Virus record (IMG/VR): IMGVR_UViG_3300029305_003510
Span: 166,856 to 230,855 of that record
Strand: one strand, 5' to 3'
From: a virus
Taxonomy: Duplodnaviria > Caudoviricetes
DNA: 64,000 nucleotides
Each line of letters begins with the position of its first letter. Position 1 is the stretch's first letter. The notes under the pieces were generated by a model, which ran no database searches, was not told the origin of the DNA, and saw only the letters and a program-made list of their open reading frames with translations. The translations under genes and the position numbers were made by a program. Shown piece after piece: positions 1 through 9,920 of this stretch.

Positions 1-1329
1 CCTCTGGATGATAGGGTTGCAGAGATCAACTCTGTAAGTGATGATGCAACTGAAGTTCTGAAAACTGTCAATTCTGGTGATATTAAGAAAACTGTTGAAG
101 ATGTGAAGGCTGAAGCTCGTGCTAATGCGATTCAGGCTTTTCGTCAGCTCTCTGTCACCGATCAGGAGTTGAGTGATGAAGAGATTATTGAAGTCAACAA
201 TGCCGGTCTGGAAGCTGTGCAGAAGTATTTGAAAGTTGATCGAATCAATTCTGATGAAGTGATTCAGAGACTTCGTAAACTCTCTCTCCGCGATTTCCAG
301 GAATTCCTTCCTGAAAAGTTCATCAGCATTTATGTGAACCCTAGCGAGATTGCCGCTAATAACTATAAGGCGAAGGAACGTCTTCTGGCTAGTATTGCAT
401 ATCTGACTGCAACGGGCCCTGAGATGGATTATCTAAATGAATATATTGATAACGAGCATCGACTGATGGCTGTTTCTCAGCAGCTGATGAAGTGTCAGGT
501 TGATTTTGCTGATATGCTGAAGGATCCGAAGAAGATTTCTGAGATTGCAGCTGAAGCGGCGCAGATTGAAGCTCCCGATGAGACTATCTGGAGCAAGTAT
601 ATTAGAACTGATCCTAAGCGTGTGCATAATGAGTTTGCACAGAGAGCTGTAATTTGTTCTAAGTATAAAGAAGCATATCAGTCTGTACTGGAAGAGCATA
701 AGGGTGAGCCTGATGCGGTTGAAATTATACAGGAACAGATTGACGAATGCGATGCAAAATATGCTGTCTATACCAGCGTGACGAATCTGGAACTGATGAA
801 GTCTCTGTGGGACATTATGACAGAGAGATTTAAGTCTGGTAAGAATAGCTACAAAAATCTCGTCCGTGAAGGTGTTGCTGCTATTGATCGTATTCGTCGT
901 AGTAAGCAGAATGTACCTTTCCCGGTATATGATGAGAAGCTAGCTAAGCGTCCGGAGGAACTCTTTAAGCTTTATATGAAGCAGTATCCTGCTATGATCA
1001 AGCAGTATAATAGCGCAGTGATGCTGGTTAAGCAGAAAGAACCCGATGAAGTAGCGAAGACAGATATCCAGATGATTACCATTGAGGGTAAGTTTGAAGA
1101 TACTGTTGCATCCTATTTCTCTTTGTTACTTCTGATCCTGTACGGTCGTATTATGAAAAAGCTCACCGACAATACGATGACAAAATATGATGCAATCATG
1201 CTCGATGCATATTTCCAGTGCTACTGTAAGATGGGTAGTGATATCTATCTACTGACTGATGTCTGGAATATCATGAAGGACTTTGTTGCATATGCTATCG
1301 ATACCTGGCCTGTTACTGGTAAGAGGTAA
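1..1329 (+). CDS. Hypothetical protein, 5'-truncated by the window edge
   Basis: Frame 1 is open from base 1 to TAA 1329; helical and charged, no recognisable motif. Confidence 0.75.
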   Translation, partial: PLDDRVAEINSVSDDATEVLKTVNSGDIKKTVEDVKAEARANAIQAFRQLSVTDQELSDEEIIEVNNAGLEAVQKYLKVDRINSDEVIQRLRKLSLRDFQEFLPEKFISIYVNPSEIAANNYKAKERLLASIAYLTATGPEMDYLNEYIDNEHRLMAVSQQLMKCQVDFADMLKDPKKISEIAAEAAQIEAPDETIWSKYIRTDPKRVHNEFAQRAVICSKYKEAYQSVLEEHKGEPDAVEIIQEQIDECDAKYAVYTSVTNLELMKSLWDIMTERFKSGKNSYKNLVREGVAAIDRIRRSKQNVPFPVYDEKLAKRPEELFKLYMKQYPAMIKQYNSAVMLVKQKEPDEVAKTDIQMITIEGKFEDTVASYFSLLLLILYGRIMKKLTDNTMTKYDAIMLDAYFQCYCKMGSDIYLLTDVWNIMKDFVAYAIDTWPVTGKR

Positions 1330-1335
1330 ACTGAT

Positions 1336-1590
1336 ATGAAGGGTGAAGTAGTATACACAGTCTGGTATATTCTTGCCGGATTAGCTGCAGTTGGAACATT
1401 ACTCTACTTCATCAGTAAAATTGCCAAAGATTTCAGACTGTACCCTTCGTCTAAGAAAAAGTACAGTCTGAATATCTGGCTTTTACGTTTTATATGGGCA
1501 TTCTTGCTCATATTTGAAACTGCTGGTGGAGTTGTTTTAGTTTATTTTACATACTGGCTAGTAAAGTCGGTAGGGAAGATGGTGGTATAA
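1336..1590 (+). CDS. Small membrane protein (2 TM)
   Basis: 84 aa with two hydrophobic stretches; AAGAGG RBS; operonic spacing. Confidence 0.6.
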   Translation: MKGEVVYTVWYILAGLAAVGTLLYFISKIAKDFRLYPSSKKKYSLNIWLLRFIWAFLLIFETAGGVVLVYFTYWLVKSVGKMVV

Positions 1591-1592
1591 AT

Positions 1593-1799
1593 ATGAAGAT
1601 AGCATTAATCATTGAAGCGATACTGATTATTACCCTATTCATTTCTATCCTTAAGGATATGATAGGTGATGCAAATGAAGCAAAGTGTCGTGGTGAAGAC
1701 CCTAATACTTTTGGTGTATATTTCACCTGGTTCTTTCTATCTCTCCTGATTCTTTATGAAGGGATGAAGATCTATTGGGCGCTTTTCGTTTTAAAATGA
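1593..1799 (+). CDS. Small membrane protein (2 TM)
   Basis: 68 aa with two hydrophobic stretches; abuts the previous gene. Confidence 0.6.
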   Translation: MKIALIIEAILIITLFISILKDMIGDANEAKCRGEDPNTFGVYFTWFFLSLLILYEGMKIYWALFVLK

Positions 1800-1828
1800 C
1801 ACCATTATAAAAGGTGGTGAAACTAAAC

Positions 1829-2614
1829 ATGTTTGTTCTCGATAAATCTCGCATGCTTGTCGACTGTTATGCCCTTGAAGTTTATCTCCCATACGACTAT
1901 CGAGAGGCTGCATACCGCGGAAGCCCATACTATTCCATATTAGGAACGAAGGTAAAATATCTGGCAGTTGGTAATATGCGATTCTTTAAGACAGAAAAAG
2001 AGTTACAGTCTCCAGAGTCAGTAAAGTGTCACCCGCTTGGAATTCCGATGCTGATTATGTCCGAGCCTTCAGAGATTGATGTTCGTGATGTAAGATTTTC
2101 AAAGGGTGGTCCTCTCCGTAAATGTATTGTGCTTACCTATATGAAGGGCGACGCTTTCATGGTAAATAACGAGACAATTAAATCTACTGATGCGATGATG
2201 ATGATTCTCTCTCGCTTGGAGCAAGGTAAACTTGATCATCTCCCTCCTGAAGTAGTTGTACAGATTGTTCGTGACTGTGAAATAATGAATGGTATTAGTC
2301 TTCGTATTCCTTCTGAGGAAATGGAGATCTTCGTAGCTGAACGATACAGAGACCCTGATCACCCTACGCGTAAATATCGTTTCCATACCGGTGCGGCTGA
2401 TCCTGATTCTATGGTTTCTCATAATATGAGAACTGATGCTGTTCAGGGCACAACCTATCAGGCTGTAATGCATGAAGATATTAATAATTCTCTGATTGCT
2501 GCAGCTAATCGACATAATTCTGGTCATATTGATGAACCTACTACAGTAGAGATGGTAGTACGAGGACTGGATATGTCCCGTTTGAAAGAGGAAGATTTTC
2601 CTACAGAAAATTAA
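1829..2614 (+). CDS. RNA polymerase beta'-like C-terminal fragment (probably virion RNAP)
   Basis: EMEIFVAERYRD and TTYQAVMHEDINNSLIAAA resemble beta' HIEVIVRQM and SFISAASFQETTRVLTEAA; preceded by GACA-N6-TA at 1798. Confidence 0.55.
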   Translation: MFVLDKSRMLVDCYALEVYLPYDYREAAYRGSPYYSILGTKVKYLAVGNMRFFKTEKELQSPESVKCHPLGIPMLIMSEPSEIDVRDVRFSKGGPLRKCIVLTYMKGDAFMVNNETIKSTDAMMMILSRLEQGKLDHLPPEVVVQIVRDCEIMNGISLRIPSEEMEIFVAERYRDPDHPTRKYRFHTGAADPDSMVSHNMRTDAVQGTTYQAVMHEDINNSLIAAANRHNSGHIDEPTTVEMVVRGLDMSRLKEEDFPTEN

Positions 2615-2618
2615 GACT

Positions 2619-2652
2619 ACATGCAGGGGCAATCCCTGCATGTGTTCTTTTT
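2619..2652 (+). terminator. Intrinsic terminator
   Basis: ACATGCAGGG-gcaat-CCCTGCATGT followed by a T tract. Confidence 0.8.
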
Positions 2653-2658
2653 ATATCA

Positions 2659-2670
2659 AACATAGTTATA
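2659..2670 (+). promoter_or_regulatory. Late-type promoter AACA-N6-TA
   Basis: AACAtagttaTA upstream of the sheath; the same motif recurs before many structural genes. Confidence 0.7.
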
Positions 2671-2789
2671 ACCATTAATCGTTAGGGGTAACGATGCGAT
2701 GGTTATGGGGTAATTTTTCTTTCGAACGAGAAGTACAGAAACACCGCAAAAACAAATCTTTTGATCAAAAGGAAGGTGACATATCGACC

Positions 2790-4691
2790 ATGATTATTCT
2801 CGATCAGGCCAATACCTATGGCTTCTCGAATACCGTGGTGAAAGTCATCGATCAGACCTACGAGGAGACCGCAACTGAGATTTATCCCGTTCCGGTTCCT
2901 GATTTTAACGTGCTGATTCCTACTGTTCAGGATATTGGTATCACGAATAGTCTGGAATTGTATCAGCCCGGTGAAGTCAGCAAGTATCTGAAGAACCATG
3001 GTAATCCCAATGCTCTGAAGTATGGCTTCGGCCCTGACTTTATTCATGGGGTTCTGGAACGCGGCGATTCCGGTGTTGGTGTTTACACCATTAACCTCCG
3101 CGGGGCGTCTGCCACGATGGCAAACATCATCGTACTGATGAAGTATCGCATTGAGAAGTCCGTTCCTTATGTGGATGCCGATGGCAACCAGTATTACAAG
3201 GACGAAAATAACCAGATCACCACTGACCCTGTTGAGGGTGGTGCGATCACTCGTGACGTTCTGCATGTCCGTTTTGAGACTGCCAATGTTGAAGAGTGCA
3301 AGAAGTGGACCGATCTGCATAAGGGCATGAATGCCATCTATAATGAGCAGGAGGATGACGAGGGTTATAAGACCATTCCTTGGTTTGGTGTTATGTATCG
3401 CGGCGCTTCTGCTTACGGCAATAACATCTACTTCAGTCTGATTCCTACCCGTGCTGAGTACGACGGTAATATGTATTACAAGGTTGCGCTGTTCGATGGC
3501 AAGACTATGCATACCACCGATCCTACTTATAGCTTCGACATCGATTCTGGTGCTCGTTATCAGACTACCTACTACTTCGAGAACGTCTTCAATGAGAACT
3601 TTAAGACCATGCGGTTCATGACTGCTGAGGATTCTCAGGCGATCGTTGATCTGTTCAACAAGTATCTCTACACTGTGGACGAGTATGTTCTGGGCACCTA
3701 TGAGACCCCTGGTACTCAGTTCCCGGCTGTTGATCCCTTCAATGTGGATTCTTTTGCAATTCAGGTTGATACTGGTTCTCTGAATCCGCAGATCACCAAT
3801 GCCTTCCGCCTCCAGGGCGGTTACGATGGCACTGAGACTCGCGATGAGCTCTTCCGCATGTTCTTTGCTGGTGAGATCCTGGGCGATATCACCTCTCCCC
3901 TGCGGTATCGTGTCAACTATATCCCTGACGTTAACTATGACGACGCTACAAAGCGTGCGATTGCCAGCCTGGTACAGAAGCGTATCCGCATGACTTCTGC
4001 CACCGTTATGCTCGGCGGCACTGATGGTTTTGTATCTGCTCTGATCGATCACCAGGCTAACTGGTACGAGACCATGCCTAACATTCGTCAGCTGGCTAAG
4101 TACCAGTCTCCGATGATGTATAATCAGTTTACTCGTCGGACTATGACCTATCCTGGCACCTACTTCGATACCATGGCGATGATGGAACATTTCGCCAAGT
4201 GGGGCAACTATTTCCAGCCGTTCGCTGGTGCAGAAGCCCGCTGGACTGGTTACATCGAAGATACGATGCCCTATCCTGCTGAGTCTCCTCAGTACCTGCA
4301 GTCTCTCCAGACTAGCCGCATCAATGTGGTTATGAAGGATGCTAAGGAAGGTGCTTACCTGGCTGACCAGCAGATGAATACTGTTCTGACTTCTGATCAG
4401 ACTGAGTTTAATAATGCTTTCCTCATCTCTTGCATGCTATATGATCTGGTGGATCTGATTCACTACAATCATTTCAAGTTCAATGAGGCTGAGGAAGTTC
4501 GTCAGTTCAATGAAGCTGTGAACGATTGCATTAACTCCAAGTACGCGATCCATTCTGCCTCTATCTCCGCTTCTGTGGAGCGTGTTGGTACGATTGGTCG
4601 TTCCAAGTCCATGAATAAGATTACCGTCGTGGTGGATCTCAAGGATATCAATAAGTTCACTGATATCGAGCTCTACCTTGTCGATGAATAA
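2790..4691 (+). CDS. Contractile tail sheath protein
   Basis: About 633 aa from ATG 2790 after AAGGAAGGTG; LQGGYDG and a sheath-like C-terminus (RINVV...FKFN...ITVVVDLKDINKFTDIELY); strong codon bias; upstream of a tube-like gene. Confidence 0.75.
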   Translation: MIILDQANTYGFSNTVVKVIDQTYEETATEIYPVPVPDFNVLIPTVQDIGITNSLELYQPGEVSKYLKNHGNPNALKYGFGPDFIHGVLERGDSGVGVYTINLRGASATMANIIVLMKYRIEKSVPYVDADGNQYYKDENNQITTDPVEGGAITRDVLHVRFETANVEECKKWTDLHKGMNAIYNEQEDDEGYKTIPWFGVMYRGASAYGNNIYFSLIPTRAEYDGNMYYKVALFDGKTMHTTDPTYSFDIDSGARYQTTYYFENVFNENFKTMRFMTAEDSQAIVDLFNKYLYTVDEYVLGTYETPGTQFPAVDPFNVDSFAIQVDTGSLNPQITNAFRLQGGYDGTETRDELFRMFFAGEILGDITSPLRYRVNYIPDVNYDDATKRAIASLVQKRIRMTSATVMLGGTDGFVSALIDHQANWYETMPNIRQLAKYQSPMMYNQFTRRTMTYPGTYFDTMAMMEHFAKWGNYFQPFAGAEARWTGYIEDTMPYPAESPQYLQSLQTSRINVVMKDAKEGAYLADQQMNTVLTSDQTEFNNAFLISCMLYDLVDLIHYNHFKFNEAEEVRQFNEAVNDCINSKYAIHSASISASVERVGTIGRSKSMNKITVVVDLKDINKFTDIELYLVDE

Positions 4692-4705
4692 GGAGGTGCG
4701 CAATA

Positions 4706-5602
4706 ATGGCAAATGCTAACCCGAATCCTATGTATGGTCTCAAGGCCGATGGCGCGCCGACCTATGTGTCTCGTATGGAGACCTCTCGCACTCTGTATGA
4801 TGTCGAGTCGCAGCTGCTGAGAGGTACTATGTCCTTCTCTAAGGATAAGCTGCAGGAGCTGGATCCTTCCTACACTGGTTACACACATGTGTTTGTTCTG
4901 AGACTTCCTCCTGTTATGACCGCTCCTGCCAATGGTCGTCAGATCGCCGGCTTCGAGGAGAATGGTGTACTGAATGCTCAGAACCATTGTCGTAACCTGA
5001 AGGCTCTCTTTGAGATGGGCTGTACGTCTTATTCTGGCACCCCTGATCTGACCCTGAACACTTCTGAGGTCAATGTGGGTTGGTCTGAGCGTTCCTATCC
5101 CGCTCCCACCACTTCTGCTTATGATGGTAAGCAGTTCACTCTCCGTTGTCTGGAGACCCGTGGTGAGCCTCTGCGTCGTGGCGTTGAGTATTATATCTCC
5201 GCTATTACCGATCCTAATGTTAAGGCTGCTATGATGAATGGCGCTCTGAATATGGACGGCACGCTGATGGAGCCTACTCTGCCCAACTTCACCTGGTCTT
5301 TCATGATCGTTCAAACTGACCAGACTCTGCTGAACATCCAGGATATCTCTATTTGGCAGAACTGTATCATTACCAACATGGATCGTTCTAACCTTGACTG
5401 GGAGAACGGTACGGTTGATATCATTCAGCCTAAGGATGTTCAGTTCTCTGGCGTCTATATGCCTGATGCTCGTAATCAGTATATCGATGCCATGGCTCAG
5501 AAGCTGCTCGGAAGCCGTCTCAAGTGGTATAAGAGATTCTCTGATCTTGGATCTGATGAACTCTCTACTGCTTCTTGGCAGGGTCCTGGCGCTGCCTATT
5601 AA
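4706..5602 (+). CDS. Tail tube protein
   Basis: 298 aa directly after the sheath with AAGGAGGT RBS; beta-rich; high-expression codon bias. Confidence 0.65.
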   Translation: MANANPNPMYGLKADGAPTYVSRMETSRTLYDVESQLLRGTMSFSKDKLQELDPSYTGYTHVFVLRLPPVMTAPANGRQIAGFEENGVLNAQNHCRNLKALFEMGCTSYSGTPDLTLNTSEVNVGWSERSYPAPTTSAYDGKQFTLRCLETRGEPLRRGVEYYISAITDPNVKAAMMNGALNMDGTLMEPTLPNFTWSFMIVQTDQTLLNIQDISIWQNCIITNMDRSNLDWENGTVDIIQPKDVQFSGVYMPDARNQYIDAMAQKLLGSRLKWYKRFSDLGSDELSTASWQGPGAAY

Positions 5603-5640
5603 GACAGAAGATCTTTCGTCAAACTTCCATTTATGAGAAT

Positions 5641-5681
5641 TTTGGGAACCGGCCTATGTGGTCGGTTCCCAAATTCTTTTT
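5641..5681 (+). terminator. Intrinsic terminator
   Basis: TTTGGGAACCGGCC/GGTCGGTTCCCAAA stem followed by a T tract. Confidence 0.8.
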
Positions 5682-5783
5682 AGTTTATATAAACTAATAT
5701 GTGTAATTAAATAATATCATGTCGACAAGCATATAAGAGATCTCCAGTAATGCCCAATATCCACAATTTTAGCAAAATACAAA

Positions 5784-5818
5784 TTTCCGATTTGACGAGA
5801 AAAGGAGGTATATATTAT
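5784..5818 (+). promoter_or_regulatory. Early-type bipartite promoter TTTCCGATTT-N15-TATATATTAT
   Basis: One of five copies with the same 15-nt spacer (5784, 9750, 32684, 46367, 52466). Confidence 0.7.
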
Positions 5819-5886
5819 ATCTATGAAGTGGAGATCTTCAAATCCCTTCCCCTAAATCCAATAAAAAGAAAAAGGAGTTAGTACAA

Positions 5887-6375
5887 ATGATGAATCAAAA
5901 ATCTACTTCAAGCAACCAATGTGATGCATGCGGGAAATGTGCAGCATCGAACCTCGCGGGCGTAATCTCTACAGAAACCCGCATCGAACAAGTGTACAAT
6001 CAGTTTATTGAAGTTGCCAATGACGAACTGCTTCCCGATTTGATCTTTATCGGCGGAGAGGATATCCTTGAAGATATCTATCAGGAAACTGCTGTGATCG
6101 TTATGGAGCTTCTGAGCCGTCTTCCGACCGGCGTTGTTCCGAGCCAGAACGATATATACATGGCGGCAGAGGAATATCTTCGTGAATGGATCAAATCTCA
6201 GGTTGCCCAGCGTTGTGGCTGCGGCTTTAGCTATAGCGAGCTTGTGAGGCTTGCTGGTCTCGGTGAAGAGGACTACGATGATGGCTGGAACGGGAATGTT
6301 ACCAGAGCCAAATTCGGAACCATACATACGATCCATTTTAACAGCAATGATGGAAGCATCTTTCTGAAGTTCTAA
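5887..6375 (+). CDS. Hypothetical protein (early-type promoter)
   Basis: AAAGGAG RBS; 162 aa; CxxC-like motifs. Confidence 0.7.
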   Translation: MMNQKSTSSNQCDACGKCAASNLAGVISTETRIEQVYNQFIEVANDELLPDLIFIGGEDILEDIYQETAVIVMELLSRLPTGVVPSQNDIYMAAEEYLREWIKSQVAQRCGCGFSYSELVRLAGLGEEDYDDGWNGNVTRAKFGTIHTIHFNSNDGSIFLKF

Positions 6376-6398
6376 TAAAAGGGAAAAAAGAAAAGAGA

Positions 6399-6428
6399 AT
6401 ACACCCCGGGGATATCCCCGGGGTGTAT
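6399..6428. terminator. Bidirectional terminator, perfect 30-bp palindrome
   Basis: ATACACCCCGGGGAT|ATCCCCGGGGTGTAT between convergent genes, with A-rich left and T-rich right flanks. Confidence 0.8.
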
Positions 6429-6431
6429 CTT

Positions 6432-6791
6432 TTATGTTTCTGTAGATTGTTCTTTTTCTTCCTCTTCTTCCATAAATGGGTCTACAACACCATCAGCAGG
6501 CTGTTTCTGCTCCACTTGAATGGTCATATTATATCCATGGAAGGTAAGCAACCGATAGAGTTCCTCGACTTTAATATGTTCGAGCTTCACGATATTATTC
6601 TGGATACCCATTATCGTATACTTATCAACTTGTACCTGTTTTGCATATTCTGCAATAGGAAGATTATTGCTCTTCATATATGCATTCATACTGGTGACAA
6701 GTGCCATTTGAATCATAGCAGGAGCTGTCGGTGTGACAGCTCCACTAAGTTTCAGAAGATATGGAATCTCAACTGGAACCAATGTTGACAT
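6432..6791 (-). CDS. XRE-like helix-turn-helix protein
   Basis: YMKSNNLPIAEYAKQVQVDKYTIMGIQNN...IKVEELYRL matches the XRE HTH pattern. Confidence 0.55.
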   Translation of the reverse strand: MSTLVPVEIPYLLKLSGAVTPTAPAMIQMALVTSMNAYMKSNNLPIAEYAKQVQVDKYTIMGIQNNIVKLEHIKVEELYRLLTFHGYNMTIQVEQKQPADGVVDPFMEEEEEKEQSTET

Positions 6792-6815
6792 ATCTCTGAT
6801 CGTCCTTTCTATAGA

Positions 6816-7553
6816 TTAATAGTGCAACAAATAACCCCAATATTGCTCAATAATACCACGTTTTGCATACTGAAATGAATAGATATAGATATCAGATAGT
6901 GTAGACTCTTGGATACTGAGATATAGAGAATCTACATCCTTTAAACCACTGAACATAGATCGGAGAAGTGGTACTCTGATTTTTTTACCAGCATAGCGAA
7001 TAATGAACTGATAAATCTCTGGACACTCAAGAGTTTTATTCTGGAGATCATATTTCAACCCATCAAATAGCAAACAGGCTCCTCCAGGCTTAATCCGTTT
7101 CAACAGATTCGTATAAGATTCTATACAAGTCTCTACAACTGTTGCTGTTGGATCTACCGGATAGTCAAGTTTATAAGTTTCAGTGGTTACAAGTTCTTCC
7201 TGCAAATAGTAGAGGAATTTGAGTTCTGCTCCATGATTTTTCACCAAGAAGCAGAACTCTTCTTTTACATCTTTTGATTTCAGTCCAGCTGCTTTCTTTT
7301 TCTCGTCTACAAGTTTATGTCCTCTATTGTAGCGACTTAAGATTGCAGACGAATTGAGAATAAGTGTCTCATTATAGAACGAATCCTTATACTCTTCAGT
7401 ATCGGGGATGAAGAGCAAATAGTTGAGACCAACTTCACTATCAATATCCACAGTATAGCACATCATCAGCATTCTGTTATTCATAATGACATTACTGTAG
7501 CGACAACGAGTTGCGCGCCGAAGCAGGTTGATAAAGGGTTTTACTGCTAACAT
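6816..7553 (-). CDS. Hypothetical protein, coupled to the DNA polymerase N-half
   Basis: 245 aa; start overlaps the stop of the 7553..9652 gene. Confidence 0.75.
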   Translation of the reverse strand: MLAVKPFINLLRRATRCRYSNVIMNNRMLMMCYTVDIDSEVGLNYLLFIPDTEEYKDSFYNETLILNSSAILSRYNRGHKLVDEKKKAAGLKSKDVKEEFCFLVKNHGAELKFLYYLQEELVTTETYKLDYPVDPTATVVETCIESYTNLLKRIKPGGACLLFDGLKYDLQNKTLECPEIYQFIIRYAGKKIRVPLLRSMFSGLKDVDSLYLSIQESTLSDIYIYSFQYAKRGIIEQYWGYLLHY

Positions 7554-9652
7554 TATTCTTCATCCTCCTTTTCTTTACTATTTAACCGTTCCTGGAGTTT
7601 CTTATTCATTTCAGTAACAGTCGGAAGATTGAACCACACGTTGCCAAAAGAGATAATATCATGGCTCAGATAATCTGCAGTGAATTCCGCACCTGGGAGA
7701 TACGAATTGATCTCTTCAATACGTTTCTCTTGTCCCATTGGGAGAACATTCTGCCGATCACTAATTTTCTCAGGGATGATCAATCTACCGATTTGTGTAG
7801 ACTTACTTAAAGATCTGGTAAACTTTGCCCAAGGATACTCAGACGCAAAGTCCATATCCATTTCATCATCAAACACGTGTTTACTTGGGACGCCGGGGAT
7901 TAATTCAACACCAGTAGCCGTATTAAAGTCTGGATTACCAACTAGACCACCAGGAAGTATCAATTTTTTCTGAATAGAGTCATTATAAATTGAGAGAAGA
8001 TCACCAGCTACAGTTTCTGCTGCCTGCTGTGAAGTTTCATCAAATTCCTCATCACTATCAGAATCATCAACTTCTACTTCAACAGGATCAGATTCGGCAA
8101 CAGCTTCATCGTCATCAAACCCCTCATTATCTAACTCAGCTCGCATTGCTCTGGCTGCTCGGATTTCCTCCATTCGTTCCAAATAATCTTCTGTCTCACC
8201 ACGGATATAGTTGACATTTGGATTATTGCCCGGAACAAAACCCTTACGGAGATACCAGGTATAGTAGATCTGTCGCTGATAGCGAGTCTGCTTAAACAGA
8301 TTTTCAAGCGGGCAGTTCTGCTGATTCATATCATAAATCATTGACATGCAGTCATTCGTGACAATATCAATCTGAACCTGTCTCACAACGTCAGAAATGT
8401 TATAGAAGACAAAGTTCCAGTAGTCTTTCATTGCAGCATTTGTAACATCAATACCTTTCTCGAATTGATGTTTACCAACACCAAGTTCAATACGAGCAAT
8501 GTTATCGAGTTTGTTAGAACCATATGCTTTACGACCTTTACGAATGCCTGCATATGACTGCATCTGGTCTATCCAGCAGGTGGTAGATGCCATGCGGATA
8601 AAAGTTTTTCTATCAGCGATATCGATCTCCGCACGGTTATCCACATTCAGTTCTACAAAACGATATTCCTGTGGAAATGCGGGATCACACATGCAGTCTA
8701 CATAGTTAAGACCATTCATTTCCATTCTTGCTGCAAGTTTAGGAATATCGTAACCGATATTCCAGACACTCATCGTATCCGGACGCACTTTATTGATGGT
8801 TTGAAATATTGCCATTAACAGATCACTTTCATGATCGAAAAGTTGAATATGATATTCTGCCTCCAGATCAATAACACGCTTTTTACCATCTTTTTCAACT
8901 TCCTGATGGTCAAACGTATCATGACATTGTTGGATGAATTTATCCAGATTTGCTTCAAAATGTGCCTGCTGTGGATATCGTTTATGATCTCTCAACAAGA
9001 ATGTGAATACGTGCGGTTTCATCTTCTCTTTCCGGTTAGAATCAAAATTGAAGATCAACGTACATGCATTCACTTTATCTAAGTTTGCTGCTTGTTCAGT
9101 AGAACTCAGACCAAAGATATCAGCCTCGATATCGAGATATCCTTTATCGATGATATGATTTCGCATTGTATTGTAGTGATACCCGAGCATAACCCGATAG
9201 TAATCTTCAACGGACATATCAGACATACACGTATACGGCCATTTGAAGATCTCTTTAGCAGAGCTGCTATTGCCAGTTGCATAAGACTGATCGTAAATAG
9301 CTTTCATCACCTGAGAGGGTCTATCAGTGCAATCTTTCAGTTCCTCGTAGATTGTACGAAGAACCTTCTTTGCTTTTACAGTTTTCGAATATGTTTTATC
9401 GATTTCGATATATTCTCTAGGCGTCATGAAACCAGTGCGTTCTTCAGGTTTAATGAAATAGATCTCCATTTCTGGATCTTTAATAATACGGACTTTTTTC
9501 TTATCTTCCGCATCTTTATATACAATAAACAGGGTATCATCTTTCCCTGTGTTTCGGTGTTTATACTGCTGATACAGTTGTACAGAAAAGATTGTGGCCT
9601 GACTTCCTTCAGGCTCACGCAGAATATTATTCATTCCCATAAATTGCACCAT
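7553..9652 (-). CDS. Split family B DNA polymerase, N-terminal part (3'-5' exonuclease plus motif A)
   Basis: ExoI YLDIEAD, ExoII WNIGYDIP, ExoIII FYNISDV, palm motif A DMDFASEYPW. Confidence 0.85.
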   Translation of the reverse strand: MVQFMGMNNILREPEGSQATIFSVQLYQQYKHRNTGKDDTLFIVYKDAEDKKKVRIIKDPEMEIYFIKPEERTGFMTPREYIEIDKTYSKTVKAKKVLRTIYEELKDCTDRPSQVMKAIYDQSYATGNSSSAKEIFKWPYTCMSDMSVEDYYRVMLGYHYNTMRNHIIDKGYLDIEADIFGLSSTEQAANLDKVNACTLIFNFDSNRKEKMKPHVFTFLLRDHKRYPQQAHFEANLDKFIQQCHDTFDHQEVEKDGKKRVIDLEAEYHIQLFDHESDLLMAIFQTINKVRPDTMSVWNIGYDIPKLAARMEMNGLNYVDCMCDPAFPQEYRFVELNVDNRAEIDIADRKTFIRMASTTCWIDQMQSYAGIRKGRKAYGSNKLDNIARIELGVGKHQFEKGIDVTNAAMKDYWNFVFYNISDVVRQVQIDIVTNDCMSMIYDMNQQNCPLENLFKQTRYQRQIYYTWYLRKGFVPGNNPNVNYIRGETEDYLERMEEIRAARAMRAELDNEGFDDDEAVAESDPVEVEVDDSDSDEEFDETSQQAAETVAGDLLSIYNDSIQKKLILPGGLVGNPDFNTATGVELIPGVPSKHVFDDEMDMDFASEYPWAKFTRSLSKSTQIGRLIIPEKISDRQNVLPMGQEKRIEEINSYLPGAEFTADYLSHDIISFGNVWFNLPTVTEMNKKLQERLNSKEKEDEE

Positions 9653-9749
9653 CCTATGTGTGTATTCATGTATATAATTTATACCTTATAAGGATGTATG
9701 AAAGATTGTGAAAATGTAAGAGAAATAGCCAAAAATGGGCATATTAAAA

Positions 9750-9784
9750 TTTCCGATTTTGCGACATTTTGAGATATATACTAT
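9750..9784 (+). promoter_or_regulatory. Early-type bipartite promoter
   Basis: TTTCCGATTT-N15-TATATACTAT. Confidence 0.7.
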
Positions 9785-9920
9785 AATTGTAGAGCAGGAT
9801 AGATGAAGAGTTTCAAATTCGTCTGTCTTGCTCTACAATTATCTATTTTCGCTATGATGGAAGCGATTACAAATAATCCATCGTCAACTGCACAAAAAGG
9901 TGCAGAAGAAAGGACTTATT

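Noticed and set aside
3349-3384. Sheath EDDEGYKTIPW and polymerase PEDGKISLRR as extra copies of the tail motif
   Set aside because: Only partial matches (no GF..L..R) and located inside the conserved body of each protein
2703-4190. 495-aa antisense ORF opposite the sheath (likewise 51187..52464, 4673..5314, 9867..10610)
   Set aside because: Shadow ORFs produced by strong codon bias of the sense gene; no RBS and no protein-like motifs
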